Source: Pseudomarimonas sp.
GTDB taxonomy: Bacteria > Pseudomonadota > Gammaproteobacteria > Xanthomonadales > Xanthomonadaceae
NCBI GenBank assembly: GCA_052390415.1
Contig: JBQTGY010000027.1
Span: forward strand, 2,485 to 66,484
DNA: 64,000 bases
Reading direction: 5' to 3'
In this document: positions 60,883 through 64,000 of the stretch, one piece after another
How positions within the stretch are numbered: position 1 is the stretch's first letter
Layout: every line of letters begins with the position of its first letter
Made by a program: the position numbers and the translations under genes
Notes under the pieces: model-generated
The model's database searches: none
The model's input: only the letters and a program-made list of their open reading frames with translations
What the model was told of the DNA's origin: nothing

Positions 60883-63447
60883 ATGCTCACGTTGACCGCT
60901 CTCAGTGACCTGAACCCGGCGGCAGACGCGCTCTGCTTCCACTGCGCTGAAACACTGCCCACCACCCCGCCGACGGTCGATATCGATGGACAGGCGCGCG
61001 CCGTGTGCTGCCAAGGCTGCGGCGCGGCGGCGCGGTGGATACGTGATGCGGGACTCGGCGACTACTACCGATTGCGCGGCGCGGATGGCGCGCGAGTGGG
61101 AGGCACATGTGTAGATCAGGATGCAGGCGACTTCCTGACCTGGGATCGCGCCGACGTGCAGGCCGGTCATGTGACTCACACGGATGCCGGCAGCGAGATC
61201 ACGGTCGTGGTCGAGGGCATGCGCTGCTCCGCCTGCGCCTGGCTGATTGATCGCGCGCTATTGCGCGAAGCCGGTGTCATCGAGGTCGCCGCCAACGCCA
61301 TCACCGGCCGCGTGCGCTTGACCTGGGATCCGCAGCGCGCACCCCTTTCGCGGCTGCTGGTGCGCTTGGCGGCGCTCGGCTTTGTGCCACATCTTGCACA
61401 AGGCGAGGCGGCCGAGCGCGCGCGCCGACGCGAGCGTAACCAGCTGATTGCGCGCCTCGGCGTGGCCGCCTTGGGTGCCACTCAGGCGATGATGTTTGCC
61501 GAAGCGCTGTATCTGGATACGGCGCGCGAAATGGCGCTGCCGACACGGGATTTTTTCCGCTGGATCACCTTCTTGGTATCGACTCCGGTGGTGTTCTTTT
61601 CCGGTTGGCCCTTCATCAAAGGCATGGCGGTGGAGCTGCGGCAGCGCCGTCCTGGCATGGACACACTGGTGGCGACCTCGGTACTGCTGGCCTACTTCGC
61701 CAGCCTGTTCGAGACCCTCCGCGGTGGCACTCAGGTGTGGTTCGACGCGGCGGTGATGTTCGTGCTGTTCCTGCTCGCCGCGCGCTTTCTTGAGCAGATG
61801 GCGCGGCGCAAGGCCAGCGCGCGACTGGACACGCTGGCGCGCGCGCAGCCGGCGCTGGCGTGGCGAGTCACTGCAGGCGGTCGCGAACAGGTGCCCGTGG
61901 CTGCGCTGGTCGTCGGCGACCGCGTGGAGGCCGGCGCCGGCGAGGTGGTGGCTGCCGATGGCGAGTTGCTGGACGCGCCAGCATCCATGGACGAATCGCT
62001 GTTGACCGGCGAGTCCGAACCGGTGCTCAAACAACCCTGCGACACGCTGTATGCCGGCAGCATCTGTCGCGAATCGGCCGCGCGCGTGCAGGTGCTGCGC
62101 ATCGGCAGCGACACCCGCTTGTCGCAACTCACGCGTGCCGTCGAGCGTGCGCAAGCGCAGCGGCCGCGGGTGGCACGGCTCGCCGACGCGGTGGCCACAC
62201 GCTTCGTCTCGGCGCTGTCCGTCATCGCAATACTGGTTTTTTTCGCTTGGTGGCAGATCGAACCCCAGCGCGCTTTCGAGGTGGCCCTGTCAGTACTGGT
62301 GGTGAGCTGCCCGTGTGCGCTGTCGCTGGCGGTTCCGGCGGCATTGGCGACCGCACACGGCACCCTGGCGCGCATCGGGGTGCTGGCGCTGGGCGCCGAT
62401 GCGCTGGAATCGCTGGCAGGCGTGGATACCGTGTTGCTCGACAAGACCGGCACGCTGACGCACGGCCGACCACAACTGGTCGAAGCGACCGCTGTCGACG
62501 GCGGCGATAGTGAGCACTGGTTACGGATCGCTGCGGCACTGGAACAGGGTGCGGGCCATCCGATCGCCGCCGCATTTGCGCGCGTCGATGCGCCTGCGGC
62601 GCAGTGCGTTCGGGCGGTAGCTGGAAATGGCGTCACCGGCGAAGTGGGTGGCCGCAGTTACCGACTCGGCCGTGCCGAATTTGCTTGCGCGGGCAGCGAC
62701 GACGGCGCGGTCTGGCTGGGTGATGGGCAGCAGGCGTTCGCACGCTTCACCATCAGCGACACCCTGCGCCCCGATGCCGCAGCCGCAATTGCCGCGCTGC
62801 GCGCACTGGGTATCTCTCCGCGAATCGTGAGCGGCGATGGCGCCGAGGCGGTGCGAGCCGTGGCGCAGATGGTCGGGGTCGAGGCCTTCCAGTCTCGGCA
62901 GACGCCGGAAGACAAACTCGCCGCCATGCGCGCGCTCCAGGCCGACGGTCACCGCGTGCTGATGCTGGGCGACGGCATCAACGACGCACCGGTGCTGGCG
63001 GGTGCCGACGTGTCGATGGCGATGGCCGATGGCGCGCCATTGGCCCATCGCGCCGCCGACCTGGTGCTGACCGGTTCATCGCTGCAGCGGGTGCCGCAGG
63101 CAGTCGCGCTGGCGCGGCGCAGTCAACGCATCATCAAACAGAATCTGATCTGGGCGCTGGCCTACAATCTTGTCGCGCTACCGTTCGCGGCGATGGGTTG
63201 GGTCAACCCGGGCATTGCAGCGTTGGGAATGGCCGCGTCTTCACTGCTGGTTACGGCCAATGCGCTGCGTCTGGGCAAGCTTGGTAACACTATCGATCAT
63301 GGTGACCATCCACCCCGGAAGATGAAAGTCCCGGGCACCATGATCGTCAGCAAGAGCTATGTGCTTCCTAGCCCCTCCCCGGCCCTCCCCGAACATCGGG
63401 GAGGGAGAAAAGTGACGAACCGGAATCTCTTTCACGTTAAGCCATGA
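60883..63447 (+). CDS. ccoI: copper-translocating P1B-type ATPase CcoI/FixI
   Basis: The N-terminus has CFHC...CCQGC. The HMA-like region is GMRCSACA. CPC, DKTGTLT and GDGINDAP are present. The last approximately 50 codons run through a REP-like element. Confidence 0.9.
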   Translation: MLTLTALSDLNPAADALCFHCAETLPTTPPTVDIDGQARAVCCQGCGAAARWIRDAGLGDYYRLRGADGARVGGTCVDQDAGDFLTWDRADVQAGHVTHTDAGSEITVVVEGMRCSACAWLIDRALLREAGVIEVAANAITGRVRLTWDPQRAPLSRLLVRLAALGFVPHLAQGEAAERARRRERNQLIARLGVAALGATQAMMFAEALYLDTAREMALPTRDFFRWITFLVSTPVVFFSGWPFIKGMAVELRQRRPGMDTLVATSVLLAYFASLFETLRGGTQVWFDAAVMFVLFLLAARFLEQMARRKASARLDTLARAQPALAWRVTAGGREQVPVAALVVGDRVEAGAGEVVAADGELLDAPASMDESLLTGESEPVLKQPCDTLYAGSICRESAARVQVLRIGSDTRLSQLTRAVERAQAQRPRVARLADAVATRFVSALSVIAILVFFAWWQIEPQRAFEVALSVLVVSCPCALSLAVPAALATAHGTLARIGVLALGADALESLAGVDTVLLDKTGTLTHGRPQLVEATAVDGGDSEHWLRIAAALEQGAGHPIAAAFARVDAPAAQCVRAVAGNGVTGEVGGRSYRLGRAEFACAGSDDGAVWLGDGQQAFARFTISDTLRPDAAAAIAALRALGISPRIVSGDGAEAVRAVAQMVGVEAFQSRQTPEDKLAAMRALQADGHRVLMLGDGINDAPVLAGADVSMAMADGAPLAHRAADLVLTGSSLQRVPQAVALARRSQRIIKQNLIWALAYNLVALPFAAMGWVNPGIAALGMAASSLLVTANALRLGKLGNTIDHGDHPPRKMKVPGTMIVSKSYVLPSPSPALPEHRGGRKVTNRNLFHVKP
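63371..63405. repeat. REP-like hairpin inside the ccoI 3' coding region
   Basis: GCCCCTCCCCGGCCCTCCCC-GAACATC-GGGGAGGG. The same family occurs at 14180-14228, where the loop is GGACATC. Confidence 0.8.
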
Positions 63448-63635
63448 ACATTCTGCTGGCGCTGATTCCGATTTCCCTGCTGTTGCTGGTGCTGGCCATC
63501 GGCGCCTTCCTGTGGGCCGTCAAGCGTGGCCAGTTCGATGACCTCGATACGCCAGCGCTGGACATCCTCGGTGACGACGAACACCCGCTACTGCCGCCGA
63601 CTGTGCCCCGTCGAGACCAGCGCGATCCCGAGTGA
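63444..63635 (+). CDS. ccoS: cbb3 oxidase maturation protein CcoS/FixS
   Basis: 63 aa: MNILLALIPISLLLLVLAIGAFLWAVKRGQFDDLDTPA. It has an ATGA overlap with ccoI. Confidence 0.9.
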   Translation: MNILLALIPISLLLLVLAIGAFLWAVKRGQFDDLDTPALDILGDDEHPLLPPTVPRRDQRDPE

Positions 63636-63645
63636 TTGAACACTG

Positions 63646-64000
63646 ATGCCGCTGGACCTGCTCACCCTGAGCGCCGCCCTGCTCACCGGCCTGCTCGGCG
63701 GCCTGCACTGTGTCGCCATGTGCGGCGGCATCGCCACCGGTCTGTCGGCAACCGTGCAACAACCGGGGTTTGCTTCCGCCTTCGCGCTCAACGCGGGTCG
63801 CGTCCTGGGTTACACGCTGGCCGGCATAATTGTCGGCGCGTTTGGCAGTGGCTTGCTGGTGCTGTCGCGTTCGGAGACCCTTGCCACCAGCCTGCGAGTC
63901 GCCATGGGCGCGGTGCTGTTGCTCGCCGCGATTCGCATCCTTTGGCCGACGCGATTGGGCTTCGTCAGCCGCGGCGCGGGCGGCTTCTGGCGCTTGATTC
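63646..64000 (+). CDS. TauE/SafE / DsbD_2-type membrane protein, N-terminal fragment (runs off window)
   Basis: MPLDLLTLSAALLTGLLGGLHCVAMCGGI contains the HCxxMCGG motif typical of the gene that follows ccoS in many proteobacteria. Confidence 0.7.
   Translation, partial: MPLDLLTLSAALLTGLLGGLHCVAMCGGIATGLSATVQQPGFASAFALNAGRVLGYTLAGIIVGAFGSGLLVLSRSETLATSLRVAMGAVLLLAAIRILWPTRLGFVSRGAGGFWRLI

Noticed and set aside
41406-64000. Whether the denitrification/cbb3 supercluster is a mobile genomic island.
   Set aside because: No integrase, transposase, tRNA attachment site or direct-repeat boundaries are visible. Only REP/MITE-like repeats occur, and these also appear elsewhere in the window.

Overview
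High-GC chromosome segment with strong GC3 bias, so long spurious ORFs occur in off-frames and antisense. Gene content and REP-type hairpins look like a gammaproteobacterium of the Xanthomonadales/Lysobacterales type; that placement is inference only. I support about 55 protein genes. By eye I saw no rRNA, tRNA, CRISPR array, transposase, integrase or phage genes. Region 1-41 kb is mostly housekeeping and accessory metabolism. It holds the pepN 3' end, a tricorn-like protease, an MscS channel fused to a cNMP-binding domain, and an S9 peptidase. It also holds an M14 carboxypeptidase, glnB, ubiK, comM/yifB, a PQQ sugar dehydrogenase and glsA. The aceA-aceB glyoxylate shunt sits next to a divergent LysR regulator. 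An operon encodes a Ser/Thr kinase, truC, arfB and an acyltransferase. The rest comprises ppa, a lipase-like hydrolase divergent from a class II Fic protein, hppA, vapBC, and a divergent pair of GT-C-like membrane glycosyltransferases. Region 41.4-64 kb is one contiguous low-oxygen and nitric-oxide respiration supercluster. Its order is hemN-fnr, norB (quinol type), nnrS, a sirB2-like gene, and a PAS-GGDEF sensor. Next comes an alginate-export-like outer-membrane barrel divergent from nirK (lipoprotein with cytochrome c fusion)-nirV-senC. It ends with ccoNOQP, a small membrane ORF, ccoG, a fixH-like gene, ccoI, ccoS and a partial TauE/DsbD_2 gene. Six FNR-type boxes (TTGAT-N4-ATCAA-like) sit at promoter-compatible distances across this cluster. 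I did not find a convincing new defence, secretion or biosynthetic system. Four things stand out. First, the FNR-wired NO module with its embedded c-di-GMP sensor and co-located outer-membrane barrel. Second, a 1-kb non-coding palindromic composite repeat carrying a roughly 25-unit hexanucleotide microsatellite. Third, the orphan GT-C pair. Fourth, a REP-like element that appears to have been absorbed into the 3' end of ccoI. All functional calls come from my reading of the translated ORFs and motifs; no searches were run.
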